Assembly: GCA_043228905.1 (NCBI GenBank)
Contig: JBHGNT010000002.1
Coordinates: 3,658,001-3,722,000 of the forward strand
Origin: Azolla caroliniana
Lineage: Eukaryota; Plantae; Polypodiophyta
Reading direction: 5' to 3'
DNA: 64,000 nucleotides
A program made the translations under genes and the position numbers. Below, one piece after another: positions 1-10,316 of the stretch. The notes beneath the pieces are model-generated. The model had not been told where the DNA came from. It searched no databases and saw only the letters and a program-made list of their open reading frames with translations. Positions within the stretch are counted from its first letter, which is position 1. Each line of letters starts with the position of its first letter.

Positions 1-1
1 C

Positions 2-1576
2 GACTGGGCTGCGGTTAAGAGATTCTGTGGCCGTTTCGACAAACGGCGAGAATGGGCTGACAACGGGGTGGCCGGTGCGGGCTCTGTTACAGCAAGGAGG
101 CTTGAACCGGCACCACAAGTGCGAAGGGAAGAAACCCGGGAATGGCTCGAAACCGGTCCGGCTTTGACCAGCATGGTCAATGGCTCGTCCGGAGGAGCAG
201 CGCTAGAGGAGTTGACGCGGGCGATAAAGGATCTCCAGATCTCCCAGACTCGAAGGGAAGGCGGCGAACCGGCTCGTGATCGACGGCCGGCAGCGGGGAA
301 CAGGTGCATGTGGTGCAACGAGGTCGGCCACATTCGGAAGGACTGCGGCGATTTCGCAGAGGCGTTGAGAAACCGGGTGGTGTACCTGTGGGAAGGCCGG
401 GTGCACGTTGGCGACACCAGGAGGGCCCTGAGCCGAAACGACGGGCGAGGAGGTATGAAGAGACTGATGGAAGAGGCAGCGGCCCGACACGTGGAGGCCA
501 TCCACTACTCGGCGTCAGCCGGTATTCGGGTCGGGGGCAGCGAGGCCCGAAAGGAGAGTAAAGACGGTTTCTGGTCGGCAATGCTGGAAGGCCTCGCCGG
601 CGCGCGGCTGAGGAAAGATGAAACGGACCGCGCTGAGAGACGGGTCCGGGAAATAACCGGGTGGAGCGATCCGGTCGAGGAGAAGACGGGCTTAGTAGAA
701 GCTGCTTGCCGGAACTACGAGGCTCCGGTAGAAGAAAAACGAGTGGGGAAAGCCGGAGCGGCCGGGCCCTCACAACGGTACGAGACCCGATTCGGGCAAC
801 GACGGAACGATGCCGGTGGGCCCGGCCCGCAAGATAACCCCAGGAAGGGCGGGTACCGACTGGGGACAGAAATAGAAAGGACTACGGACCTACGAAAGGT
901 CCTAGAAGAACGGTTCCTCGACAGCAAAGTGGAGTTGTCATTACGGGAGGTGCTAGGGATCGCCAAGAAGGAGTTCCACGACTCCATTGTAGACTTGGTG
1001 AAACGGAAGAGACTGTCGACGGAGACGGAACCGGAAAGACCGGTGGAGGTGCGGACGACGCACATCGACGACTTGGCGCTGGAAGATGAGTGGGCGGAGA
1101 GCCACTATTCGAGGCCACACTGGGCCCGAGCGACCACGGAGACCCCGGTAAAGATCGGAGATGTTCAGGAACCGGTGGTGGCGTTGGTGGACCACGGTTC
1201 GGAAATAAACCTAATGTCCATGGAGTTCTATAAGAAGGGAAAGTGGCCGATCAACACCAGACACGGGTGGAAGATACGGGCGGCGATGCGCGCCACCGAG
1301 GAACTGCACGGGGCCTGCTCGAATGTGCGAGTAAAGATCGGCGACGTCGAGATTGACCAGCACTTCTTCGTACAGGAGACGTCCTCGCATCCGGTCATAT
1401 TAGGGGAACCATACATCACGGCGGTGAGAATGGAGACCAAAGTGCTGGACAACGGTTCGGCCTACGCGAGGGTCAAAAGCCAGGACGGGCGCCATTCGGT
1501 GCAATTTTTGACGGTGCGGCCGAACCACGAGAGAAACCGCGAATCCCTCGGTGGCGAGAGCCGGGAGGATTTTTAG
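2..1576 (+). CDS. Gag-protease ORF of element A (5'-partial)
   Basis: Frame open from position 2. CCHC knuckle CMWCNEVGHIRKDC and aspartic-protease-like ALVDHGSEINLMS ... VILGEPYI. Ends GAT TTT TAG. Confidence 0.9.
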   Translation, partial: DWAAVKRFCGRFDKRREWADNGVAGAGSVTARRLEPAPQVRREETREWLETGPALTSMVNGSSGGAALEELTRAIKDLQISQTRREGGEPARDRRPAAGNRCMWCNEVGHIRKDCGDFAEALRNRVVYLWEGRVHVGDTRRALSRNDGRGGMKRLMEEAAARHVEAIHYSASAGIRVGGSEARKESKDGFWSAMLEGLAGARLRKDETDRAERRVREITGWSDPVEEKTGLVEAACRNYEAPVEEKRVGKAGAAGPSQRYETRFGQRRNDAGGPGPQDNPRKGGYRLGTEIERTTDLRKVLEERFLDSKVELSLREVLGIAKKEFHDSIVDLVKRKRLSTETEPERPVEVRTTHIDDLALEDEWAESHYSRPHWARATTETPVKIGDVQEPVVALVDHGSEINLMSMEFYKKGKWPINTRHGWKIRAAMRATEELHGACSNVRVKIGDVEIDQHFFVQETSSHPVILGEPYITAVRMETKVLDNGSAYARVKSQDGRHSVQFLTVRPNHERNRESLGGESREDF

Positions 1577-1633
1577 AGAGGGCTGCCAAGGCGTGGGGCC
1601 GAGACAGCCCGGACACTCGGAAAAGACCCCACG
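1567..1633 (+). promoter_or_regulatory. Predicted -1 ribosomal frameshift signal (G GAT TTT plus H-type pseudoknot)
   Basis: Heptamer 1567-1573, 6-nt spacer, stem 1 GGGCTG(1580-85)/CAGCCC(1605-10), stem 2 CGTGGGG(1592-98)/CCCCACG(1627-33). Confidence 0.8.
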
Positions 1634-4600
1634 ACTGTACGATAGGTAGGGGATTTTGCTTCTCTGACAACGGAGGGTGTATAATGGTCGGCATCGTTGG
1701 CCGAGAAAAGACAAGGGCGGAAGAGCGACTTCGAGCGTGCGGAGTTCTCGGCCCGGACGAGAAAATCAGCGGAGCCGTGGAGGCGGTCTCCTTCGACGAC
1801 ACCTTAGGGATGTTGAGGAAGGTTGCCGGAGAAGACCTTGACGAAGACCGGACGATACCGGTATGTTCCGAGGAGATGTACGAAGTCATCGCGAACTTCA
1901 GTCGGGGGCTCGGGTCGGATCGGACGGCCCGAGTTAGCACAAAGTACAAGACTGTGGACCGGAAGGTAAGGCCAGTCGCGGCACCCTTACCGGAGGGCAG
2001 CGAGTCCCGAATCAGAGGGGTGGCGTCGGACCCCAGTTTACGAGATCCGGCCTGCATAGGACACACATTCACCGACGGAACGCTCCGGGAGCTCAAAATC
2101 GGTGGGGGCGGGTTCCTACTGCCGGCGGAGGAAGACCGGTTTCGGAGAATGCTCGGAAGGCACGGGAAAGCCTTTGCATTCTCACCGGAAGAGATCGGGT
2201 GCGTAGACCCGACGATCATGGAACCGATGGTGATATTCACGGTACCGCATGTACCGTGGAATCTCAAGCCGATTCCAGTACCGAGAGCTCACATCCCGAA
2301 GTTGATGGAGCTATTGAGGCAGAAAGTCGACATGGGTATTCTCGAACCGTCGAGCGCGCCATACTCGAACCGATGGTTTACCGTACCAAAGAAAAACGGA
2401 ACATTGCGCTTCATTCAGGACCTGCAGCCAGTCAACAGAGTGACCATCCGGAACGCAGGAATCGGACCGACCATAGACGAGTTCACGGAGGCCTTCGCCG
2501 GAAGGTCGATTTACTCGGTCGGTGATCTGTACTCGGGGTACGACCAGTTCCAGCTAGCCGTGGAGAGCAGAGACATTACGACGATGCGAACTCCCCTCGG
2601 CTTAGTGCGAATGTGTACCCTGCCACAAGGAGGGACCAACTCGGTGGCCCACATGGTGAATGCAATGAACAAAGTACTGAGGGATTGCATCCCGGACATC
2701 ACCATGCCGTTTCTAGACGACATCCCCATAAAGGGGTGCCCGGTGGAAGAGAAGGACGAGACACTCGGGCCGGACGGATGCCGGCGATTCGTAGCAACAC
2801 ACATCGACGACTGCGAGAAGGTGCTACAAAGGCTAGAGGATGCGAGGCTCACCTTCTCCGGGGAGAAATCGGCCTTCGGGCAATCAGAAATCCTGGTGGT
2901 CGGGCATCTATGTGGACCATATGGCCGGAAGCCGTCTCCGGCAAAGGTAGAAGCCATCTCCGCGATGAAGACCGACTGTAGCTCGGTTACGGAAGTTCGG
3001 AGGTTCCTGGGGGCATGCGCGTTCTACCACATATGGATCCCGCATTACGCCCACGTTGCGGAGCCACTATACGGGTTGCTGAAGAAGGGGCAAAGATTTG
3101 AGTGGCGAGACGAGCACACGGGGTCGGTCCGGAAGCTAAAGGAAGCTCTTGCGGCAGCTCCGGCGCTCCGGAAGGCTGTCTACGAGAAGGGTACCCCGGT
3201 ATACATAACGGTGGATACGAGCCCAACCGGGATCGGATGGGTCGTCAACCAAGAAGACGAGGACGGCACCCGGTTCCCGATCCGATTCGGCGCTAAGGTC
3301 CTCAGTGAGCGACAGCGAGGGTACGCCCAGGTTAAACACGAACTCTGGGGTATCGTTTCGGCGGTAAAGGTGGACAAAGACTACCTGATCGGGACAGAAG
3401 TGATTATCGAGACGGATTGCCTGCCGATTCTTGGCATGGTTTCCGGATGCGCGACACCGGACCTGGCGATGCTCAGGTGGATAGCGTACATCAAGTCCCT
3501 GGACCCGGAGATACGACACATTTCCGGAAAGGACAACGCCATGGCCGACATGCTTTCGAGGGCGAGGTTTGATGACGAGGGCGGCATGGTTTCGGAGGTC
3601 GAAGAAGTCGGCGTGGACTTCTTCGAGGCGGCGTATGTGACGACCGATGGGACGAGCACTCCGGCACTTAACGACTTCGACGAGAGCAAGTACGACGGCG
3701 AGTGGCTCCAGATCGGTGGATTCTTGAGGACAATGACGCCGGATGCGTCATGGGCGAAGGACGAGGCCAACCGGATCCGGAAGAAAGCTTACCGATTCTT
3801 TCTCCGAGACGGATACTTATGGAAGCACCCGAAGAAGAGGGACGGCGCTCCGCTCCGGGTGGTGGCGATGAAGGAAGAACAGGAGAAGCTGCTAACGGCC
3901 TACCACGACAGCCCTTGGGCCAGACACTGTGGAACCTGGGCCACGTTCGAGAAGATAAAGGGGAAGTACTGGTGGTCGGGACTGTACCGGGACGTGCATC
4001 GATTCGTGACAACTTGCGAGAGCTGTCAGATGCACTCCATAGTCCAACACCGGGACGAACTTCACCCTACGTACCCTCCGACCATCCACTTCAAATGGAT
4101 GGTAGACCTAGTAACGATGCCGATAGGAGTAGGACAGATGCGGTATCTGGTCCTGGCTCGGGAAGATCTAACGAACCAGGTGGAAGGCCGGGCCCTTCAG
4201 AACAAAACGACTGCAGCCGTATGTCGGTTCCTGCTCGAGGACGTAATATGCCGGTGCGGGTGCGTCGGGAAGATCGTGGCTGATCGCGGGGAGTTGGACG
4301 CCGAAGAGGCCGAGGAGCTTTTCGACCGGTTAGGGGTCAAGCTCTCGCTTACCACTGCGTACAATCCAGAGGCAAATGGGAAGGTGGAGCGCGGACACGC
4401 ACCGATCGTCAAGGCGTTAGTTCGGGCATGCGGAGGTCAAGTCGGGAACTGGCCGCGGCTACTGCCTTACGCGTTGTGGGCTGACCGGACTACGCACAGT
4501 TCGGTAACCGGATTCATGCCGGCAGAGCTCATGTTTGGGCAGAAGCCGATCATGCCGATCGAACGTACGGTCTCCTCATGGGCAACCGTGGACTGGAGAG

Positions 4601-5040
4601 ACGAGATGAGCCGGGAGGAACTGTTGACGGCGCGCATACGACAGCTCGAGCGAAGACCGGAGGACGTGGAGCAGGCTGCGGAAAAGCTTCGGGAAGCAAG
4701 GATGAGGAACAAAGCCCGGTTCGACCGAACACACCGGCTCCAACCGAAGAAGATCGAGGAAGGCGACTGGGTGCTAGTCTACGACAGCAGCCTCGACAAC
4801 CAGCACCGAGCGACGCGGAAGTTCGCAAGAAGGTGGTTCGGGCCTTATGTGGTACAAAGCGCCAACGACAATGGGACGTACCATCTGGCGGAACTCGACG
4901 GCACGAGAGTGGCGATACCGGTAGCTGGGAAACGGATCAAAGCGTTCAAGAAGCGTCACGACGACGAGCCGGATCCGGTTAACCTGGACCGGGACGACGA
5001 ACGATCCGAAACCGAGGAAGAACCGACGACCGGGGAATGA
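1567..5040 (+). CDS. Pol (RT-RNaseH-integrase) of element A, probably entered by -1 frameshift
   Basis: Frame is open from the slippery site at 1567 through the ATG at 1684. RT motifs DLYSGYDQF, LPQG, FLDD; RNaseH TVDTS...ETDCLP; integrase WMVDLV, ADRGE, NGKVERGH and GPY motif. Confidence 0.9.
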   Translation, partial: GFLERAAKAWGRDSPDTRKRPHDCTIGRGFCFSDNGGCIMVGIVGREKTRAEERLRACGVLGPDEKISGAVEAVSFDDTLGMLRKVAGEDLDEDRTIPVCSEEMYEVIANFSRGLGSDRTARVSTKYKTVDRKVRPVAAPLPEGSESRIRGVASDPSLRDPACIGHTFTDGTLRELKIGGGGFLLPAEEDRFRRMLGRHGKAFAFSPEEIGCVDPTIMEPMVIFTVPHVPWNLKPIPVPRAHIPKLMELLRQKVDMGILEPSSAPYSNRWFTVPKKNGTLRFIQDLQPVNRVTIRNAGIGPTIDEFTEAFAGRSIYSVGDLYSGYDQFQLAVESRDITTMRTPLGLVRMCTLPQGGTNSVAHMVNAMNKVLRDCIPDITMPFLDDIPIKGCPVEEKDETLGPDGCRRFVATHIDDCEKVLQRLEDARLTFSGEKSAFGQSEILVVGHLCGPYGRKPSPAKVEAISAMKTDCSSVTEVRRFLGACAFYHIWIPHYAHVAEPLYGLLKKGQRFEWRDEHTGSVRKLKEALAAAPALRKAVYEKGTPVYITVDTSPTGIGWVVNQEDEDGTRFPIRFGAKVLSERQRGYAQVKHELWGIVSAVKVDKDYLIGTEVIIETDCLPILGMVSGCATPDLAMLRWIAYIKSLDPEIRHISGKDNAMADMLSRARFDDEGGMVSEVEEVGVDFFEAAYVTTDGTSTPALNDFDESKYDGEWLQIGGFLRTMTPDASWAKDEANRIRKKAYRFFLRDGYLWKHPKKRDGAPLRVVAMKEEQEKLLTAYHDSPWARHCGTWATFEKIKGKYWWSGLYRDVHRFVTTCESCQMHSIVQHRDELHPTYPPTIHFKWMVDLVTMPIGVGQMRYLVLAREDLTNQVEGRALQNKTTAAVCRFLLEDVICRCGCVGKIVADRGELDAEEAEELFDRLGVKLSLTTAYNPEANGKVERGHAPIVKALVRACGGQVGNWPRLLPYALWADRTTHSSVTGFMPAELMFGQKPIMPIERTVSSWATVDWRDEMSREELLTARIRQLERRPEDVEQAAEKLREARMRNKARFDRTHRLQPKKIEEGDWVLVYDSSLDNQHRATRKFARRWFGPYVVQSANDNGTYHLAELDGTRVAIPVAGKRIKAFKKRHDDEPDPVNLDRDDERSETEEEPTTGE

Positions 5041-5113
5041 AGGCTAGACCGGTTTTCTCCGTCCCAACACAATTTGGCGCATGCCGGTGGATGTGCGGTT
5101 AGGTGGGGGCGGA

Positions 5114-5751
5114 TGTCGTGAAGAAAACCGTCCACGAGCAGAATCAGTGCGCCGGAGCGTAGAAACCGACTCTTCATGCGCGTGCGCCTTAAGTTGTACA
5201 TAGGAGATCCTAGGTAGATTCGGTAGGTAGGGAGTAAAGGGGAAACGGCTCCTTCCTTGCCTATAAAAGGAGGGAGACGAGGAGGGTAGAGGGATCGCGG
5301 AGAGTCGAGGACGAAGTGCTGTCGGTTTGCGTGCGAAGGCTTCTCTCTCTCTCTCTCTTTCCGGTTGCAAACGCCATAGCTTCCTTCTGTGCAGGTTTCG
5401 GGAGGCTCGCGCTGCTCTGAGGAATGCCCGAGTGCTTCCGGCAGCACCTCCAACCTACTCTTTCCCCTCTGTGCGTTTACGAGCAGGTATCGGCATCTGT
5501 TCGCCGGCCTGTTCGGTTGTAACCGACTTCGTGTTTGTTGTCTTCGTGTTCTTGTTGTTTGTCTTGTCAATACATACATACTTTCGTGTCTTTCTGTGTC
5601 GCTGTCCCACTCGCGTCTTTGCGCCGAAGGGCCGTGTCCCTGTGAATCTACGCTCGCACGTAGTGGGTCTCTTCTCTTTCTCTCTTACTCTTCGGTACAG
5701 GACCCCCGAGGTCCCGCCTCATTCCACGCATCCGCGAGGAATACCTCGACA
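5114..5751 (+). repeat. 3' LTR of element A (638 bp)
   Basis: Starts TGTCG directly after the PPT and ends CGACA. Contains CCTATAAAAGG TATA box near 5260 and a short (CT)n tract. Confidence 0.85.
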
Positions 5752-5900
5752 ACGGCATCACGGATGGAGACGAAGGTGCTCGATAGCGGTGCGGCTTTTG
5801 TGCGAATTCAGAGCCAAAACGGAGGGAAATCCGTCCAATTCCTAACGGTGCCGGAAAATCATGAAAGGAACAAGAGAGAGCTCTTGTCCCAAACAAGAAT

Positions 5901-5981
5901 GGATTTTTAGAGCGGACTGTTGCGGAGAGGGGAAGTGATAGTCCGAGAAGCCCTGATACCAGACACAGGAAGAAACCTCTC
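5901..5981 (+). promoter_or_regulatory. Predicted -1 frameshift signal of element B
   Basis: GGATTTTTAG at 5901-5910; stem CGGACTGTTGC(5913-23)/GTGATAGTCCG(5935-45) with G-U pairs; GAGAGG(5925-30)/CCTCTC(5976-81). The -1 frame is open to the ATG at 6027. Confidence 0.78.
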
Positions 5982-7113
5982 GGTGCAAAACAAGTACGAA
6001 TCGGTCCGGACGGGGCATCCACGTACATGGCCGTAACCGGAGGAATGAAGAAAGAATACCAAAAAGTGGAGGTTAAGTTACAGTCGGCATCAATAATAAA
6101 AGAAGACGAAGAAATCGTGGGAATAGTCGAAGAAGTGTTCTATGGGAGCACACTACGGCTTGAAGAGCTCGGGGAAGATACAAGCCAGGGAAACCGGGTA
6201 ATTCCGGTGGAGTCGGTCGAGATGTACGAGATCATTGTGAAAATGGGGCTGGATGCGCTCCGCAAAGAAGAAGCAATGGTAAGTACGAGATACAAGACTA
6301 TGGAGAAGAAAGTGAAACCGGCCGCAGGACCGTTACCCGCAAATAGCGAACAAAAGAGGAAAGAAGTCTCGGGGGATCTGACACTTCGGAAGTCCATGGA
6401 TATCGGACATGCCTTCACGGATGAGACCGGGAAGAAACTTCGGATCGGTGGAGGTGGGTTCCTATTAAAGAATGAAGAAGAACGATTCCGTGGGATGCTA
6501 GTGCGACATAGGAGAGCATTTGCATTTACATCGAAAGAAATAGGATGCGCTGACCCGAAGATAGTGGAGCCGATGGTGATCTTCACGATTAACCATGTGC
6601 CGTGGAACCTAAAGCCGATTCCGGTGCCACGGGCGCATATTCCGAAAATCATCGACTTGCTCAAGGAGAAGGTAGCGATGGGGATTCTAGAGCCATCAAA
6701 TGCTCCGTACTCAAATCGATGGTTTACGGTTCTGAAGAAGAATGGGTCACTCCAATTTATTCAAGATTTGCAACCGGTGAAGAAGGTCACGATCCAGAAC
6801 TCTAGAGTCGGTCCGATAGTAAACGAATTTGCGGAAGCATTTGCCGGTCGCGCGATATACTCCATCGGAGACCTATATTCCGGTATGACCAATTCCAACT
6901 AGTCGTGGAGAGCCGAGACATCACTACCATGCGGACACCGATAGGATTAGTCCGGATGTGTACACTACCACAAGACGCGACGAACTCAATCGCACATATG
7001 ATGAATGCAATGAACAAGGTGCTCTGGGATTGCAGACCGGAGATAACGATGCCGTTCCTAGATGACATTCCGATGAAAGGGTGTGCGGTGGAAGAAAAAG
7101 ATGAAGCTATGGA
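5901..7113 (+). pseudogene. Element B pol, 5' part (RT N-terminal region, with a frameshift near 6885)
   Basis: ORFs 6027-6902 and 6905-7126 align with element A pol (VPWNLKPIPVPRAHIPK, MPFLDDIP). Confidence 0.9.
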
Positions 7114-7547
7114 TGTTAACTCTTAGGGCCGGACAATGGCCTAACACAGGGTGTCTACAGAAGACACTTCACCAAAGGGGTGTTACGGCAAGAGGATTAG
7201 GCTCAACGATTAATCCGACTTAATTAGGTTACTTAGCAAGAGCATCCTTAATAATCACACGCGTAAGATATAACAATGAATGCAGAACGGCAATTAACAC
7301 GGAGAGATAAAACACTAAGCTTCATTAATTATCCGCTCCACATTACATTGTATCCGGGCCTTTAAATAGGTTTCCGGATTGTAGTACAAAACGGTGCCAT
7401 CCGCACCTGTTCAGAATTGGTCTGGATCCGGAACGGCATACCGATTCCGGTCCGTCCGTCCACACTAATAGCTCACTTACAACCATTCCTTAATAATTAA
7501 ATAACTCCTTCGTTTCACACTCTGGACTCCTTTGCTGGTCGGTAACA
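7114..7547 (-). repeat. 3' LTR of element D
   Basis: Direct repeat of 16158-16591; about 18 mismatches by manual count; TATA-like CCTATTTAAAGG on the minus strand. Confidence 0.96.
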
Positions 7548-7549
7548 CA

Positions 7550-7566
7550 TGGCACACCCGTGGGAC
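7550..7566 (+). other. PBS-like sequence (tRNA-Arg type) at the position where element D should have its PPT
   Basis: TGGCACACCCGTGGGAC begins 2 nt inside the LTR end; resembles the tRNA-Arg PBS TGGCACGCCCAGTGGGAC of Ogre/Tat elements. Confidence 0.7.
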
Positions 7567-7602
7567 AGTACCTTGTACGTCGAATCCACCATCCGACCCT
7601 TG

Positions 7603-10300
7603 CTATTCTTCGTCCAAAATATCTAGAATGCTTTGTTCGAGAGTCTCCAATGGTTCATCTGGAATTGGTTGTTGTTGTTGTTGTGGTTGTTGCTGGTGCT
7701 GTTGCTGCTCCGTTGATGGCTGCTGCGACTGGTCCGTTGGTGGCTGCTGCGGCTGCTGCGGCTGCTCCTTCGTTTGTTGCTCTGACATCGGTGTTACCGT
7801 CGTTGCTCCCTCCGTCGTAGTGGTCTCCGGTTTACTGGTTCCGGCCTGGCCCTCGTCCGGCGACAGTTCCTCATCACTAAGGTTAACCGTTGCCGCTTTC
7901 CGTGCTTTTTCTTCCCGAACCCGGGACCGCTCATAGCTCTCAAACTAGATTTGAGCGTCCAGCCTATCATCGTCTAGCTGAGCTACGAGTTGTCGGACCT
8001 GCACCAGCTGTTCATCAGCCAGGACTTGGAAGTCTTCGACCAACTCGTCCCGTATGGCGGTGAAGTCCTCGGAAGTCAACGTGTAACAATCATCTCCTTC
8101 CTTCCGCCGGTTTTCCACGTCTGCCCGTAGCAATTGGAGTTCCGCCGTATTTTGTGCCCACTTTGTCCACCATCTTATGGAGCTTTCGTCAATCAACCAT
8201 TTTGTCTGATTCAGCCATGCTCGGAGGATGCACTGAATTCAGCCTGTTCCCATCTGCGATTTGATCTCCGCATCTTGTCGTTCCTCCTTCAATTGCTTGA
8301 TGATTGTGACGTTGTCGTCCGCCTGCTCCTTGTAATGCGTCAATTGCCCTTGATATGTGCTTTGTAATTTTTGCAATACCGTTGACACTCTCTCCCTTTC
8401 TTCCTATTGCTGCCTCTAGAGCTCCATCCGGACCCTCTCTGCCTTGTCCAACCGTCTTGTATTTTCCGATCGTTCCTCGGCGAGCGCCATCGCGGCCCGA
8501 TCAACTTCCTGCCGGAGCTCGGCCATCCGTTCCTTATGCTCCGTTTCCAGCCGTTTGTAGTCACGGTGCATGTGCTCAAAATCATCTGTCTTTTGCTTGA
8601 GCCGTACGTTGATCTGTCGACGGGCCCGGTCCTCGCGGTCCTTCTGTTGGCGAAGCTCCTCCTTTAGCCATTCAATTTCCGTTTCCGCCGTCTTCCGCAG
8701 CTTGTCCTTTTCCTGCAACACTTTTTCTTTTTCCTCCCTTAGCCGGTCATACGCTTGATGGCCTTTCCGGAGGCTCTCCTCTGCCCGGCGGAGGTTCTGA
8801 GCAGTCTTCTTTAATTCTGCTTCGGCCACTGTCTTCAATTCCCGTTCACGGCTCCTTAGCGCTTCTTGTGCGGCAAGTTCATTTCTCAATTCTGCAAGCT
8901 CCTAGGCTTGCGCCGCATCTCTCTCGGAGTCACCGGTGCTTGGATCTGTGTTGCCGTTAAGGCCATTATGGCCATTTCTACCGTGACCTAATCCAAGTCT
9001 TTTTCAAGGCACCGGATTCTTGATCGGGCCGTCTCCAGTTGTTCGGTTGTGACGAGCAACCGTTCGCTTTGCGCTCTTTCTTCCGCCTCAATATACCCCA
9101 CTACTCCGGCAATCTGTTCGCCTATCCACCGGAGCCACAGGCTACCGGTGCATTGTTGTTGCGCTTGCACGGAGGTTTGACCGATGGGCTCGCTTGTGGG
9201 TGGGTGGTCCCACCTGATTGCGCCGAGTTGCAATTCCGTTTCTGCCCGTGGACCACCCTGTTGTCCTAGTTCCCCTTGCGCTTCTTCTTGGTTGGCCGAG
9301 GGAGGCTGCATTGACCTTTCCAGCTCTGGCGGTACGGGACTTGCCGGTGCTGCCGGTGGTGTAGGGGCTTCTGATTCCGGTGCCATGCGCACCGGTTCCG
9401 GTTCCTCCCTTGGCGTGGGAGTCTCAGTATGGGGAGCTGGTGTTCCCTCCGTCTGAGGGTCCGAACGTTTCCCGGCTGCCTCAACGGTCCTTGCCGACGA
9501 CCATCGCTGGAGGTGCTCCGTAGGCTTCTCCTCTATTTCCTCTTCCTGAGTCCCGGCATTGATTTTCGCCGCCAAGGGGTCCGCTTCTCTATTCACCGGT
9601 CGGCGGAGTGGTTCCTCCTACGCATCCGTTGCCCGCTTCCGGCTGGCTCGCTCCTTTCCCGCCTGTTCTGCGTCCGTCGCCTTCCCCTTAGTGGCCTTAG
9701 AGGCCAACAACTGAACTTGTCTTTTGGAAGCAGTCTTTGGGGTGCCGTCCGCCACTCTTCCCCGCTTCTTGGGCTGGACGGGCTGGACGAGTGGCACAAG
9801 CAAGGTGAGCCACTGCGTTACTTCATGCCATATCTTCCGTCCGTCTCAGCCTTCTTTGCCGTCTTTTCCTCTGACGATCTCGATTGCCGCACACAAACCG
9901 TCTGCAATCAATACCGGCCAATCCACCTTGACCCCTTCATAGGTGGCGATGATCATCCCTGCCCGGTTCTGTGGCATGACAGGGGGTCTAGGGTACACAT
10001 GGCCGTATTCGTGGAGCACACGGGCAATCTCGCGGAACAACATATCTCCACCGCCCTGTGTCCGGTAGCCCTTGCTGGCTAGGGAGTACTCACCAAAATA
10101 CTTGATGAGTTGCTCCGAGGTCGGATTGTCGATCGTGAATATGCCTCCCTCCGAAAGGCCTGTTAACGCACGGATCGCCTCCTCCGTTATGACCTCTGTG
10201 TCGATTTCTTTGATCAGCTTGTCGGCTTCTTTGTGTGGCGGTGCCTCCATAATCGTCAAGAAGCCCTCGAGCCCTTGGTCCTATCGGACCCTTATCGGCC
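7603..10300 (-). pseudogene. Extra ORF of element D (about 900 codons, disrupted): globular N-terminus, Pro/Glu linker, long coiled coil, Gln-rich acidic tail
   Basis: ORF fragments 9846-10259, 9618-9803 and 8988-9596 share a frame; 8416-8889, 7945-8196 and 7603-7788 share a second frame; E/K/R-rich heptad-like stretch. Confidence 0.75.
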
Positions 10301-10316
10301 TCATTACGGCCTCATT

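Larger units (their letters stand above)
1..5751 (+). mobile_element. Ty3/Gypsy LTR retrotransposon A (5' end outside window), inserted into the protease region of related element B
   Basis: gag-PR ORF, uninterrupted RT-RNaseH-integrase ORF, PPT AGGTGGGGGCGGA (5101-5113), then LTR TGTCG...CGACA. Sequence after 5751 resumes mid-protease of B (TASRMETKVLDS). Confidence 0.93.

Noticed and set aside
177-4982. Many overlapping and antisense ORFs within element A
   Set aside because: Expected shadows of a GC-rich coding region; no recognisable motifs.
5327-5910. ORFs of 172-173 aa spanning the LTR of A
   Set aside because: Chance read-through from LTR sequence into the protease tail of B.
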